The notes: a model not told the origin generated them from the sequence alone. DNA of 64,000 bases from an uncultured delta proteobacterium (GCA_963814585.1 CAWFDF010000008.1:576001-640000); one strand, 5' to 3'; positions 32,129 to 43,037 are shown, counted from the stretch's first letter. Numbers and translations are program-made.

Positions 32129-33292
32129 ATGAGTGCCCCGACGACCGCCCAGGCCACCCCCGCCAGGCTGCCCGACGTGAGCCAGCTGGCGCCGCTGGCG
32201 AGGCTCGACCGCGCCGCCGTCGAGGCCATCGTCGCCTCCGGACGCCGCCTCCTGGTCCAGGGGGGCATGGGCATCCACGCCTCCGACGGCCTGGCCGGCA
32301 AGGTGGCCGCTCACCGGGGCGCGCGGCTGGTCGGCGTCGGCACCATCTCGGCCGTGGTGAAGACCCCCGATCACCTCCGTCGCGAGATCCGCCGCGCCCG
32401 CGCCGAGGCGCCGGGGGGCTTCGTCGGCCTCAACCTGATGGCGGCCATCAACAAGGCGGAGTTCGAGCTCTCGACGCGCATCGCCATCGAGGAGGGGATC
32501 TCCTTCATCGTGCAGGGAGCCGGCATCTCGCGCGAGATCATCAAGTGGTGCCGGGCCGGCAACGTGCCGTTCGCCGGCATCGTCTCCTCGGGGCGGCTCG
32601 CCGCCATGTACGAGAAGTGGGGCGCCGACTTCGTGGTCGCCGAGGGGGCCGAGGCGGGCGGCCACATCGGCGACATCGGGCATCCCCTGCCCGGGCTGGT
32701 GGACGAGGTGGTGGCTGCCACCTCGCTTCCGGTGGTGGCGGCGGGCGGCGTCGACGCCTCCGACGTGGCCCGCTACTTCGCGGCCGGCGCGGCCGGCGTG
32801 CAGATGGCGTCGCGCTTCCTCGCCTGCTCCGACGGCGACGCCCACCCCACCTTCAAGCAGATGCACCTCGGCAAGACCGACGCCGAGATCACCCTCATCA
32901 CCAGCTGCGTGAAGGGGATGAAGGCCCGGGCGGTGCGCAGCCCCTTCACCGAGGCCCTGGCCCGCGGCGAGCGGTTCCCGCCGCGCAGCAAGGCCTGGTA
33001 CTTCGGTCCCGAGGGCTTCCACGGCCGCAAGAAGGCGTGCGTCGAGTGCCTGGCCGAGGAGCTCTGCCTGTGCCGGGCCTCGGAGTTCCGCGAGAGCTTC
33101 TGCATCACCGACGCGCTGCTGGCGGCCGCCATCAAGGGTGACACCGAGAAGGGGCTGTTCTACACCGGCTCCTCCATCACCCGGATCCCCGAGCAGACCG
33201 TGGCGGAGCTCCCCACCGTCAAGGCCTTGCTGGAGGACCTGGAAGGTCGCCTGGCCGTGGCCGAGCCCTCCCGGCTCGCCGCTGCGGGGTAG
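32129..33292 (+). CDS. Nitronate monooxygenase/FabK-superfamily flavoprotein with Cys cluster (FabX-like)
   Basis: VQGGMG, EGAEAGGHIG, AAGGV and GVQMASRF; C-terminal CVEC..CLC..FCI..GLFYTG. Confidence 0.85.
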   Translation: MSAPTTAQATPARLPDVSQLAPLARLDRAAVEAIVASGRRLLVQGGMGIHASDGLAGKVAAHRGARLVGVGTISAVVKTPDHLRREIRRARAEAPGGFVGLNLMAAINKAEFELSTRIAIEEGISFIVQGAGISREIIKWCRAGNVPFAGIVSSGRLAAMYEKWGADFVVAEGAEAGGHIGDIGHPLPGLVDEVVAATSLPVVAAGGVDASDVARYFAAGAAGVQMASRFLACSDGDAHPTFKQMHLGKTDAEITLITSCVKGMKARAVRSPFTEALARGERFPPRSKAWYFGPEGFHGRKKACVECLAEELCLCRASEFRESFCITDALLAAAIKGDTEKGLFYTGSSITRIPEQTVAELPTVKALLEDLEGRLAVAEPSRLAAAG

Positions 33293-33481
33293 CGCCCCAC
33301 CCGCTCCCCCCCGGCCCGTTCCGGGCGCCCTCCCCGCCTCCTTCCCTGCTCCGCGCGACGGGGCGCGGACGCGCCTTTTTCCGCGTGCCTCTGCGAACGC
33401 CGCGCGGTATGACGCCCGCGTCGCCGTCGCTCCGCTCCTGGATCCGGCCGGCCGACGGACCGACCAGCGCACGGAGACGTC

Positions 33482-33985
33482 ATGAAGGTGGGCAAGGGCA
33501 GCGTGGTCTCGCTGGAGTACAGGCTTCACCTCGGCGACGGCGTCGTCGTCGATTCCTCCGAGCCGGGCGATCCGCTGGTCTACCTCCACGGCCAGTCGCA
33601 GATCGTCCCCGGGCTGGAACGGGCCCTCGAGGGGCTCGAGGCCGGCGTCCGCAAGCAGGCCACCGTCGCGCCGGTCGATGGGTACGGCGACGCCGACCCG
33701 ACCGCCCTCCAGCAGGTCCCCCGGAGCGCCTTCCCGGACGGCTTCGAGCCGAAGGTCGGGCTGGAGCTGGTGGCCCAGGGGCCGGAGGGCGAGCCGCTCC
33801 CCTTCACCATCCGCGCCGTGATCGGCGACACCGTGACCGTGGACTTCAACCACCCGCTGGCCGGGCGCACGCTCCACTTCGACGTGACCATCACCGAGGT
33901 CCGGGCCGCGACCGAGGAGGAGCTGGCGCACGGCCACCCGCACGGCCCCGAGGGCCACGGGCACGCGCACGGGCACGGTGGCTAG
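33482..33985 (+). CDS. slyD: FKBP-type peptidyl-prolyl isomerase SlyD
   Basis: YLHG, IVPGLERALEG, DFNHPLAG and RAATEEELAHGH, with a His-rich tail. Confidence 0.95.
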   Translation: MKVGKGSVVSLEYRLHLGDGVVVDSSEPGDPLVYLHGQSQIVPGLERALEGLEAGVRKQATVAPVDGYGDADPTALQQVPRSAFPDGFEPKVGLELVAQGPEGEPLPFTIRAVIGDTVTVDFNHPLAGRTLHFDVTITEVRAATEEELAHGHPHGPEGHGHAHGHGG

Positions 33986-34011
33986 CGACTCCGGCCGGCC
34001 GGCGACGCCCT

Positions 34012-34362
34012 CTACGGCCCGGGAGCCCACCGTGCCGTGATGGCCTGCCAGAGCCGGGCGATGAGCTGCTCCGCCTCGCCGGCCTCCTCGTCCGGCCATC
34101 CCGGTGCCGGGGAGACCCCGTGGAGCCGGGCCAGCCCCTGGATGGCGTACTTCAGGATCACGTCCTCGGCGATCGACGCGTCGGCCAGGTGGTCGCCGAT
34201 CTCGCGCTCGGGCTCTCCGGCGGCCAGCACGCAGGCCGCCGTCCAGTCGTCGTCGCCGCTGACCCGCCGGACCGCGAGGAAGCGGCCGCCTGGCGTGCCG
34301 GGTGGATCGAGGTGAAGCACGCGCTCGGCACCACCGTCGATCCAGTTGAGCTTCTCGGACAT
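34012..34362 (-). CDS. Hypothetical protein (116 aa)
   Basis: ATG ORF co-oriented with the upstream methyltransferase; protein-like composition. Confidence 0.6.
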   Translation of the reverse strand: MSEKLNWIDGGAERVLHLDPPGTPGGRFLAVRRVSGDDDWTAACVLAAGEPEREIGDHLADASIAEDVILKYAIQGLARLHGVSPAPGWPDEEAGEAEQLIARLWQAITARWAPGP

Positions 34363-34404
34363 GCACCCTTCTACCCCGGCGGCGCGCCGCTGGCCCGGAC
34401 TCCG

Positions 34405-35151
34405 TCACCCCGGTCGGGCCTTCCCGAGCGCCCGCAGCGCCGTCTCCCAGAGCCTCGCCTCGCGAGGTGACGGCGTCCCGCGGCGGAGCACGCCCACCAG
34501 ATCGCGCACGGCGTGCCGCTCGGGCCCGGTCAGGAAGCCGCCCGAGCGAAGCAGGTCCCGGAGCGCGGCCTCCACCGCCTGCAGCTGGGCGTCGGTGGCC
34601 AGGGCCCCGGTTCGCCGCCTGACCGGGGCGTCCTGCCCTGGCGCCTCCCCGGCGCCCTCCGGGGCGGTGCTCTCCCCGCTCACCGCCCGGCGGGTCTCCC
34701 AGGCATAGAGCAGCACCGCCTGGGCCAGGTTGAGCGACGGCTGGGCGATGCTGGTGGGGACCGCCGAGAGCGCGTGGCAGCGATCAATCTCTGCCGCCGT
34801 GAGGCCGCTGCGCTCCTCACCGAAGACGATGGCGGTCCGGCCCGGACGACGGGCCGCCGCCTCCCGCCCCACCACCTCGGGGCGCAGCCGCTGCCGGCCA
34901 CGCACCTTCCGGGCGCTGGTGCCGACCACCCAGGCGCAGTCGGCGATCGCCTCATCGAGCGTCGCGCAGAGCCGCGGCGTGTCGAGGAGCTCCTCGGCGT
35001 GGACTGCCACGCGCCTCGCGGTGGCGAAGTCGTGGGTGCCGAGCGCCACGATGGCCCAGTCGTGCAGCCCGAAGTTGCGCATGGCGCGGGCCACGGCGCC
35101 GATGTTCTCCGGGTTGCGGGGCCGGACCAGCACGATGCGGACGTGGTCCAT
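34405..35151 (-). CDS. trmJ: tRNA (C/U32-2'-O)-methyltransferase TrmJ/LasT (SPOUT)
   Basis: IVLVRP..PENIGAVARAMRNFG, VFGEERSGL and SLNLAQAV. Confidence 0.9.
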   Translation of the reverse strand: MDHVRIVLVRPRNPENIGAVARAMRNFGLHDWAIVALGTHDFATARRVAVHAEELLDTPRLCATLDEAIADCAWVVGTSARKVRGRQRLRPEVVGREAAARRPGRTAIVFGEERSGLTAAEIDRCHALSAVPTSIAQPSLNLAQAVLLYAWETRRAVSGESTAPEGAGEAPGQDAPVRRRTGALATDAQLQAVEAALRDLLRSGGFLTGPERHAVRDLVGVLRRGTPSPREARLWETALRALGKARPG

Positions 35152-35170
35152 CGGCCGGCGAATCCGTTGG

Positions 35171-35524
35171 TCAGTTCAGGAACTCCCGCCTGGCGCCGCG
35201 ACCGGCACCGGCCCGAGGCGGTATCACGCCCGCCAGGTCGAGCCCTTGCCGCGTCAGCAGGTAGCGGACCTTGCCGCTGCCACGGGCGGTGTCGAGCTCC
35301 GCCTCGAAGGCCGGGCCGGCGATGGCGCCGAGCGAGAAGCTCCTCTTCAGGTTGACGACCCGGCCGGAGATCACGTCTCCGGCCACCGGGCCAAACCCCT
35401 GATCCCGGCGGTAGAGGTCGAGCGCGGCGGAGTGGAGCGTGGCCGCCACCGAGGCATCGAGCGGGAAGGTGCTGAAGAGCACCGAGATGAGCGTCGAGCC
35501 AGGCGGGAGGGCTTCGCGTGCCAT
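35171..35524 (-). CDS. Hypothetical protein (117 aa)
   Basis: MAREALPPGSTLISVLFSTFPLD...; TACACT 6 nt upstream of the ATG. Confidence 0.65.
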   Translation of the reverse strand: MAREALPPGSTLISVLFSTFPLDASVAATLHSAALDLYRRDQGFGPVAGDVISGRVVNLKRSFSLGAIAGPAFEAELDTARGSGKVRYLLTRQGLDLAGVIPPRAGAGRGARREFLN

Positions 35525-35585
35525 GGGGGGAGTGTAGCGCGTCGGGCCCGCCGGCGCTCCTGCCACTCCTTCCGGCACTCCCTCT

Positions 35586-35648
35586 GCCGCCCTCGCCGCC
35601 TTCCCGCTGCCCTCCCACCTCCCCGCCGCCCTCGCCGCCTTCCCGCTG
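35586..35648 (+). repeat. Perfect 24-bp direct repeat (39-nt period) in a pyrimidine-skewed intergenic region
   Basis: gccgccctcgccgccttcccgctg at 35586-35609 and 35625-35648. Confidence 0.85.
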
Positions 35649-35734
35649 GCTTCCGGCCACTCCTCCCGCCCCGGCCGCCCTCCCGCCGCCGGGCCGGTTG
35701 ACTCGAGCCCGGAGGCGGGTGACCCTCCCGCCGA

Positions 35735-36487
35735 GTGAACCTCCTCCTCCTCGAGCCGGCCGAGCTCGGTCCGGACGGCATGGCACACCTGGGTGGACGG
35801 CGCGCCCTCCACGTGCGGGAGGTGCTGCGATGCCGGCCCGGCGAGACGGTCGCGGTGGGTGTCGTGGGCGGCCGCCTCGGAACGGCCGAGGTCCTGTCCT
35901 GCAACGAGGGCGAGCTGACCTTGCGCGCCAGGCTCGACCGCCCGCCTCCTTCGCCGTCGCCGGCGACCTTGCTGCTGGCGCTCCCGCGCCCCAAGATCCT
36001 CCGCAAGGTGCTGCAGGGGATCGCCGCCATGGGCGTGAGGCGGCTGGTGCTGCTCGGCAGCTGGAAGGTCGAGAAGGCCTACTGGGGCTCCCCTCTCCTC
36101 ACGCCGGGAGGGCTGCGGCAGGAACTGCTGCTCGGCCTCGAGCAGGGGCGCGACACCATCCTTCCCGAGGTCCTCCTGCGCCGGTTCTTCAAGCCGTTCG
36201 TGGAGGACGAGCTCGACACCTTGCTCGGGCCAGCGCGTCTGCTGCTCGACCTCGCCGCCTCCGAGCCGCTCTCGGCGCGCACGCCACCGGCCACGGGCGG
36301 CGTGACGCTGGCCATCGGCCCCGAGGGCGGCTGGACCCCGTACGAGGCGGCCGAGCTCACCCGCCGAGGCTTCGCGCCGGTCAGCCTCGGGCCGCGGCCG
36401 CTGCGGGTCGATCAGGCCGTCCCATTCGCCGTCGGGCAGGCCGAGCTCTGGCTCGGGCGCGGCGCCCGCTGGGGACCGGACCGTTGA
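35735..36487 (+). CDS. rsmE: 16S rRNA m3U1498 methyltransferase RsmE
   Basis: HVREVLR, ALPRPK, GLEQG, AIGPEGGW and SLGPRPLRV. Confidence 0.9.
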   Translation: MNLLLLEPAELGPDGMAHLGGRRALHVREVLRCRPGETVAVGVVGGRLGTAEVLSCNEGELTLRARLDRPPPSPSPATLLLALPRPKILRKVLQGIAAMGVRRLVLLGSWKVEKAYWGSPLLTPGGLRQELLLGLEQGRDTILPEVLLRRFFKPFVEDELDTLLGPARLLLDLAASEPLSARTPPATGGVTLAIGPEGGWTPYEAAELTRRGFAPVSLGPRPLRVDQAVPFAVGQAELWLGRGARWGPDR

Positions 36488-36615
36488 CGGAGCCCAGCCG
36501 CCGGGACGTCGCCGTCCTCTTCTCCTCGGTCAAGCCGCCGGAGGGGCGGTCGCCCGAGAGGCAGGAGCTCCGGCCCCCTGCACGGAGGCCGGAATCCGGG
36601 AACCGGGGAAACACC

Positions 36616-37011
36616 CTAGGCCGGCTGGGGTGACTCGGTCGGCGCCAGCAGCCGCTCCACCGCCGCGAGCAGCGTGGCTTCCTTCCACGGCTTGCGCAGC
36701 GTGATGGCCGCGCCAGCCGCCAGCAGCTCGCGCTCGCCCCCCTCGTAGGCGGTGAGCCCGATGACCGGCACCCCCCGCAGGCGATGGTCGGGAGAGGCGT
36801 GCAGCTCCTGGATGAGCTGGGCCCCGCTCATCCCGGGCATGAAGAAGTCGACCACGCACAGGTCGGGGGGATCGTACGCGGCGGCCTCCAGCGCGGCCTC
36901 GCCAGACTCCGCCGCCACCGTCACGTAGCCGTGCTCCTCGAGGGCCTGCGCCACCAGGAGGCGCAGTGGCAGGTTGTCGTCGACGATGAGTATATGGGCG
37001 GCGCGGTTCAC
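36616..37011 (-). CDS. Single-domain response regulator (receiver)
   Basis: ILIVDDN, VVDFFMPGMSG, LTA and RKP; probable GTG start at 37011. Confidence 0.88.
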   Translation of the reverse strand: MNRAAHILIVDDNLPLRLLVAQALEEHGYVTVAAESGEAALEAAAYDPPDLCVVDFFMPGMSGAQLIQELHASPDHRLRGVPVIGLTAYEGGERELLAAGAAITLRKPWKEATLLAAVERLLAPTESPQPA

Positions 37012-37347
37012 GGGCGGCAGGACGGTACAGGTGAAGTGCCGGGGAAGGTAGTCCCGCGCCCAGGCGACTCGGGGAGCGACCCCGCCGGGATGTGGCGGCT
37101 GACGCCGGTGCCGGCCGCTTCGCGCGGCCGGCCATGCCGCTCGGAGTCCACCGCCCTGGCCACGTCGCCTGGAGCCTGGAGCCCTGGAGCTTCCAGGTCG
37201 CGGCACCGGGAGTCCATGGCCGGGCGTGCCCGCCGCGCCGCCCCCGGCGAGCGCCCTGGACGGGAGCCCCGTCCGGGGCTGCGCTTTTCGTGGCGCTCCC
37301 GCGATCCTGGGGTAACGAGACGCCTACCCCCCAGGTGAGGAGGCACC

Positions 37348-37764
37348 ATGTCCAGCATCAGGAAGCACGTGGCTCGCAAGGTGATCACGCTCGCGGCCGA
37401 CGTCCCGTGCCGCGAGGCGGCCCGGCTCATGGTCGACCTCAAGATCGGCTCGGTCGGGATCCGGGTCGACGGCCAGCTCACCGGGCTGGTCACCGAGCGT
37501 GACCTGGTGGCGGCGGTGGTGGCCAAGGGCGGCGACGGGTCGCTGCCGGTCAGCGCGGCGGCGAGGGCGCTGCCCCGGGTGACGCCGGAGGCCACCGAGG
37601 TCGAGTGCGCCGGGCTGATGCGCGACAACGCCACGCGCCACCTCCTCGTCGAGGAGGGTGGCGAGGTGGTCGGGCTGATCTCCATGCGGGACATCATCCA
37701 GCTCATGCACGACGAGAAGCAGTTCGTCATCGAGCAGCTCAACACCTACATCTCCGGGCGCTGA
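37348..37764 (+). CDS. CBS-pair protein
   Basis: GLVTERDL and RHLLV..GLISMRD; GAGGAGG SD. Confidence 0.9.
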   Translation: MSSIRKHVARKVITLAADVPCREAARLMVDLKIGSVGIRVDGQLTGLVTERDLVAAVVAKGGDGSLPVSAAARALPRVTPEATEVECAGLMRDNATRHLLVEEGGEVVGLISMRDIIQLMHDEKQFVIEQLNTYISGR

Positions 37765-37808
37765 GCCGCACCCCGCCCGCGGCCCGGTCCAGCCCGGCGG
37801 CACCGGCA

Positions 37809-38777
37809 TCAGGGTATGAGCAGGAGCGAGCCGGTGGTGGCGCGCGACTGGAGGGCCCGATGGGCCTCGGCCGCCTGCGCCAGCGGCCAGCGGCCGCCCA
37901 CCGCCACCCTGACCTTCCCCTCCGCCAGCTTCGCGAAGACGGCCTCCGCGGCCCGCTCCAGGTCGGCCCTCGACGCAATGTGGTGGAACACCGTCGGACG
38001 GCACAGCGAGAGCGAGCCCTTGCGGGAGAGCAGGCCCGTGTCGACGGGCGGCACCGGGCCAGAGGCGTTCCCGTAGGTGACCAGGAGCCCGAAGGGGGCC
38101 AGGCAATCGAGCGACGCCTCGAAGCTGGCCGCGCCGATCGAGTCGTAGACCACCGGCACGCCGCCACCGCTGAGCGCCTTCACGCGGGCCGGCACGTCCT
38201 CGGTGCCCGAGACCACCACCGCCTCGGCGCCGAGCGCCCTCACCCGCTCCGCCTTGGCCGCCGAGCCGACCACGCCGATCACCCGCGCGCCGATGGCGGC
38301 CAGCCACTGCACCAGCACCTGCCCCACCCCGCCAGCCGCGGCCGTCACCACCACCACCTCGCCGGCCCGGACCGGGTGGACCCGGGTGACCAGCATGTGG
38401 GTGGTGAGCCCCTTCACCAGCGCCGCCGCGCCCAGCTCGCCGTCCACGCCGGCCGGGAGCCTCACCAGCCGATCGGCCGGCAGCAGCCGCGCCTCGGCAT
38501 AGGCCCCCGGCCCGGCCATGTAAGCGACGCGATCGCCCGGCTTCACCAGGGTGACCCCGGCGCCGACCGCCTCGACCACCCCGGCCGCCTCGACGCCCAG
38601 GCCGCTCGGCAGCGGCAGCGGGTAGAGACCGGACCGGTGATAGGTGTCGACGTAGTTGACGCCGATGGCCTCGTGGCGCACCCGCGCCTCGCCCGCCCCG
38701 GGCGCGCCCACCTCCAGCTCCTCGACCCGCATGACCTCCGGGCCGCCCACCTGGTGAATCCGGATCGCCTTTCCCAT
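37809..38777 (-). CDS. qor: NADPH:quinone oxidoreductase (zeta-crystallin family)
   Basis: IGVNYVDTYHRSGLYP, AAAGGVG, VYDSIG, GNASG and TTGSLLL. Confidence 0.93.
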   Translation of the reverse strand: MGKAIRIHQVGGPEVMRVEELEVGAPGAGEARVRHEAIGVNYVDTYHRSGLYPLPLPSGLGVEAAGVVEAVGAGVTLVKPGDRVAYMAGPGAYAEARLLPADRLVRLPAGVDGELGAAALVKGLTTHMLVTRVHPVRAGEVVVVTAAAGGVGQVLVQWLAAIGARVIGVVGSAAKAERVRALGAEAVVVSGTEDVPARVKALSGGGVPVVYDSIGAASFEASLDCLAPFGLLVTYGNASGPVPPVDTGLLSRKGSLSLCRPTVFHHIASRADLERAAEAVFAKLAEGKVRVAVGGRWPLAQAAEAHRALQSRATTGSLLLIP

Positions 38778-38816
38778 GTCCGTCTCCGTCCCGCCGGGCT
38801 CGCCGGCCTGGTGCCG

Positions 38817-41800
38817 TCAAGCCAGCACGACGATCAGGTCCTCCTTCTCGACCTTGTCGCCTTCCTTGAACTTCACCTCGGCCACGATGCAGTCGGCCTT
38901 GGCCTTGATGTTGGTCTCCATCTTCATCGCCTCGGTGACCATCAGCACCGCTCCGGCCTTCAGCTCGTCGCCGGCCTTGACGTTCACCTTGAGCACCTTG
39001 CCCGGCATGGGGGCGCCGACGTGGGTGGCGTTCCCCTTGTCGGCCTTGTCGCCGGACCGCGGCGCCGGTGACCGCCGCCTGGTCGCGGACCGTGACGGTG
39101 CGCCCCTCGCCGTTCAGCTCGAAGAAGAGGTCGCGGGTGCCGTCGGCGTGCAGCTTGCCCACCGTCACCAGCTTCACGATCAGCGTCTTGCCCGGCTCGA
39201 TCTCCAGGCTGGTCTCCTGCCCCGGCTCGAGGCCGTAGAAGAAGACCGGCGTGGGGATGACCGAGGTGTCGGAGAACTCCTCGCGGTGGCGCTCGAACTC
39301 GGGGTAGACGTTCGGGTAGAGCAGCCACGAGGCCAGCGCCTTGTCGTCCACCGCCTGGCCGGTCTTCTCGGACGCCCTCTTCCGCTCGGCCTCGAGGTCG
39401 GCGGGCTCGATCAGCTCGCCGGGGCGGTAGGTGATCGGCTCCGCCCCCTTGAGGATGATCTTCTGCAGCTCCGGCGGGAACCCGCCGTAGGGCTGGCCCA
39501 GCATGCCCTTGACGAGCCCGATCACCGACTCCGGGAAGGCCAGGTCGTTCCCCTTCTCGGTGAAGAGGTCCTCCGGCTGCAGGTTGTTCTTCACCAGGAA
39601 CATGGCCATGTCGCCCACCACCTTGGAGGACGGCGTGACCTTGATGAGATCGCCGAACAGCAGGTTCACCTTGCGGTACATCTCCTTGCACTCGTCCCAC
39701 CGGTCGAGGAGGCCCAGCCCGGCCACCTGCGGCTTGTAGTTGGAGTACTGGCCGCCCGGGATCTCGTGGTGGTAGACCTCGGCGGTGCCGCTCTTCAGCC
39801 CCGACTCGAAGGGCGCGTAGAACTCGCGGACCGTCTCCCAGTAGTTCGCCAGCTGCTGCAGGCCGTCCTGGTCGAGCCAGCGGATCCCACTCGCTCCCGT
39901 CCAGCACCGCCACCAGCGAGTTCAGGTTGGGCTGGGCGGTCAGTCCCGAGAGCGAGGAGAGCGCCGCGTCGACGACGTCGACGCCGGCCCGGGTAGCCTC
40001 CAGGATGGTGGCCGCCGAGAGCCCGAGGTGTCGTGGGTGTGGAGGTGCACCGGGATGCCCACCTTCTGCTTGAGCGCCTTGACCAGCTGGTCGGCCGCGA
40101 AGGGCTTGAGCAGCCCCGCCATGTCCTTGATGGCGAGCATGTGGGCGCCCATCCGCTCCAGCTCCCTGGCCAGCTTCACGTAGTAGTCCAGCGGGTACTT
40201 GTTGCGCGAGGGGTCCGAGATGTCGCCCGTGTAGCAGAGCGCGGCCTCGAGGATCTTGCCCTCCTTGCGCACCGCCTCGCAGGCCACCGTCATCCCCCTG
40301 GTCCAGTTGAGCGAGTCGAAGACGCGGAACACGTCGACGCCGCTCAGCGCCGCCTCGTCGACGAACTTCTCCACCACGTTGTCCGGGTAGTTGGTGTAGC
40401 CGACGGCGTTGGAGCCGCGCAGCAGCATCTGGAAGAGGATGTTGGGGATCTCGGCGCGCAGCGCGTGGAGCCGCGCCCAGGGATCCTCCCTGAGGAAGCG
40501 CATGGCCACGTCGAAGGTGGCGCCGCCCCAGCACTCCAGCGAGAAGAGGCCTGCCCCGAGCCGGGCCGTGGCCGGGGCCACCTTGAGCAGGTCGTGGGTC
40601 CGCACCCGCGTCGCCAGCAGCGACTGGTGTGCGTCGCGCATGGTGGTGTCGGTGAAGAGCAGCCTCTTCTGCTCCAGCACCCACTTCGCCAGGCCCTCGG
40701 GGCCGCGCTGCTCGAGGATCTGCCTGGTGCCGGGCGGCGGCGGCCGGGCCAGGTCGACCGCCGGCGGCCGCGCCTCGCGCAGCTCGGTGGGCCTGAGCGG
40801 CCTGGCGACGCCCGGCGAGCCGTTGACGGTGACTTCGGAGAGGTACTTGAGCAGCTTGGTGGCGCGGTCCTTCTTCTGCGGAACCACCATGAGCTCGGGG
40901 TGGGTCTCGATGAAGGAGGTGTCACAGGTCCCCGCCAGGAAGACCGGGTGGCTCATCACGTTCTCGAGGAACGGGATGTTGGTCTTGACGCCACGGATGC
41001 GGAACTCCGCCAGGCAGCGCCGCATCACGCTGGCGGCGGCGTCGAAGCGCAGCCCCCAGGTCGAGACCTTCACCAGCAGCGAGTCGTAGTGGGGGGTGAT
41101 GACCGCGCCGCCGAAGGCCGAACCGGCGTCGAGCCGCACCCCGGCGCCGCCCGGCGAGCGGTAGGCCTTGAGCACGCCGTAGTCGGGGGCGAAGCCGTTC
41201 TGGGCGTCCTCGGTGGTGATGCGGCACTGGATGGCGAAGCCGCGCATCTGCACGTCGGCCTGGCTGCCGATGGCGATCTCCGGATCCGAGAGCTTCTTCC
41301 CCTGCGCCACCAGGATCTGCGCCTGGACCAGGTTGCGCCCGGTGATCATCTCGGTGACGGTGTGCTCCACCTGGATGCGCGGGTTCACCTCGATGAAGTA
41401 GTGGTGCCCCTCCTGGTCGAGCAGGAACTCCCAGGTGCCGGCGTTCCGGTAGGCGACCGATCGGGCGATCCTGAGGGCGTCGGCGCAGATGGCCTCGCGC
41501 TGCGCGGGCGTGATGGCCAGCGACGGCGCGAACTCGACCACCTTCTGGTGGCGGCGCTGCACCGAGCAGTCGCGCTCGAAGAGGTGGACCAGGTTGCCGT
41601 GCTGGTCGCCCAGCACCTGCACCTCGATGTGCTTGGGCCGCTCGATGTAGCGCTCCAGGAAGACGGCCGCGTTGCCGAAGGCGGCCTTGGCCTCGCTCCT
41701 CGCGCTGGTCAGCCCTTCCAGCAGCTCCTTCTGGTTGGTCGCCACCCGCATGCCGCGTCCGCCGCCGCCGCCGGCCGCCTTGACGATGATCGGGTAGCCG

Positions 41801-42264
41801 TGCTGCCTGGCGAAGACCAGCGCCTCCTCGTCGTGGAGGACCGGCTCCGGCGTGCCTGGCACCACCGGGACGCCGGCGGCGATGGCCGCCTTGCGCCCGG
41901 CCACCTTGTCGCCGAGGCGGCGCTGCATGTCGGCCGTCGGGCCGATGAAGACGATGCCGGCCCGCTCGCAGGCCTCGGCGAAGTCGGCGTTCTCGGAGAG
42001 AAACCCGTACCCGGGGTGGATGGCGTCGATCTCCAGCCGCCTGGCCAGCCCCACGATCTCCTCGATGCCGAGGTAGGCGTCGATGGGAGGCTTGCCCTTG
42101 CCGATCAGGTAGGCCTCGTCGGCCTTGTACCGGTGCAGGGAGAGCCGGTCCTCCTCCGAGTAGATGGCGATGGTCTGGATGCCCAGCTCGGTGCAGGCGC
42201 GGAAGATGCGGATGGCGATCTCGCCGCGATTCGCGGCCATGACCCGGCGAAACGGGACCGTCAT
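38817..42264 (-). CDS. pyc: Pyruvate carboxylase, with three frameshifts (about 40020, 39880 and 39052)
   Basis: ANRGEIAIR, RDAHQSLLATR, WGGATFD, IKDMAGLL, HTHDT, KVTPSSKVVGD and EAMKME lie in successive frames. Confidence 0.93.
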
Positions 42265-42413
42265 GACGACTCCAGGGGTGGGGCCGGGTGCGCCGGCGCC
42301 TTCGTACGTCGTGCCACGGGAACGGGAAGGAGAGCACGCCGGCGCGAGGGAAGTCGAGGCCTTCGCGACGCGCCGCGGCGATTCAGGGGGCCTGCTCCCG
42401 GCGAGACGGGCTC

Positions 42414-42836
42414 TCAGCGCACGGGAGCGGGGGAGGCGTCGTGGACGGTCACCCAGCGCCCCAGGCTCCGGTCCTCGCCGCCGATGTGCTCGCGCAGCCA
42501 GGCCTCCAGCCAGAGGTGCAGCGATTCGGCCACCTCGGCGGTGGGCCCGTGGCGGCGGTACTGCACGGTCACCCGGTGGAGCCGATCGGCGAAGTCCCGG
42601 TGGGCCTCGCGGTGCCCCTCCAGCGACGGGAACTCGGCCCGGCGCATCCACCGCTCCTCGAACTCGAAGTGGGAGAGGACGAAGTCGCGGAACGAGGCGA
42701 GCATCTGCTCGGCGAAGGCCGGCTCCCCCTGGAGCATGGCGTGGTGGAGCCGCTCGCCGCGCCGGAAGAGCTCGCGGTGCTGGTCGTCGATCTCGTCGAT
42801 CCCGAGCTCCAGGCTGTCTGTCCAGGCGAACGGCAT
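42414..42836 (-). CDS. Single-domain bacteriohemerythrin
   Basis: MPFAWTDSLELGIDEIDDQH, HFEFEE, HREAH and WLREHIGGED. Confidence 0.93.
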   Translation of the reverse strand: MPFAWTDSLELGIDEIDDQHRELFRRGERLHHAMLQGEPAFAEQMLASFRDFVLSHFEFEERWMRRAEFPSLEGHREAHRDFADRLHRVTVQYRRHGPTAEVAESLHLWLEAWLREHIGGEDRSLGRWVTVHDASPAPVR

Positions 42837-43037
42837 GCACGCTCCCCGCTGCAGGATGAGAGCACCGACGCCGCGGCGATCGCAAGGCCCCGGGTGGACG
42901 GCGGCGCGATGCCTCAGGGGCAGCTCCGCGGCCGGCGTAAGGGGGCGCTTACCGCGGTGCGACGGCCACGCCGCTCCCTGGTGCCCGGTGGTATCCTCCC
43001 CACCCCGGCGCCCCCAGGCCGCCGCCCACCGCCCCCG

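Noticed and set aside
36484..36633. Small ORF MTEPSRRDVAVLFSSVK... overlapping the rsmE stop
   Set aside because: It is short, has no motif and overlaps the convergent receiver gene, so support is insufficient.
37168..37190. Three CCTGGAG heptamers in the receiver/CBS divergent region
   Set aside because: Too short and GC-typical to distinguish from chance.
38817..42264. pyc as a pseudogene or a programmed frameshift
   Set aside because: All catalytic motifs are intact, no slippery heptamers are evident, and the indels match the error pattern elsewhere in the window.
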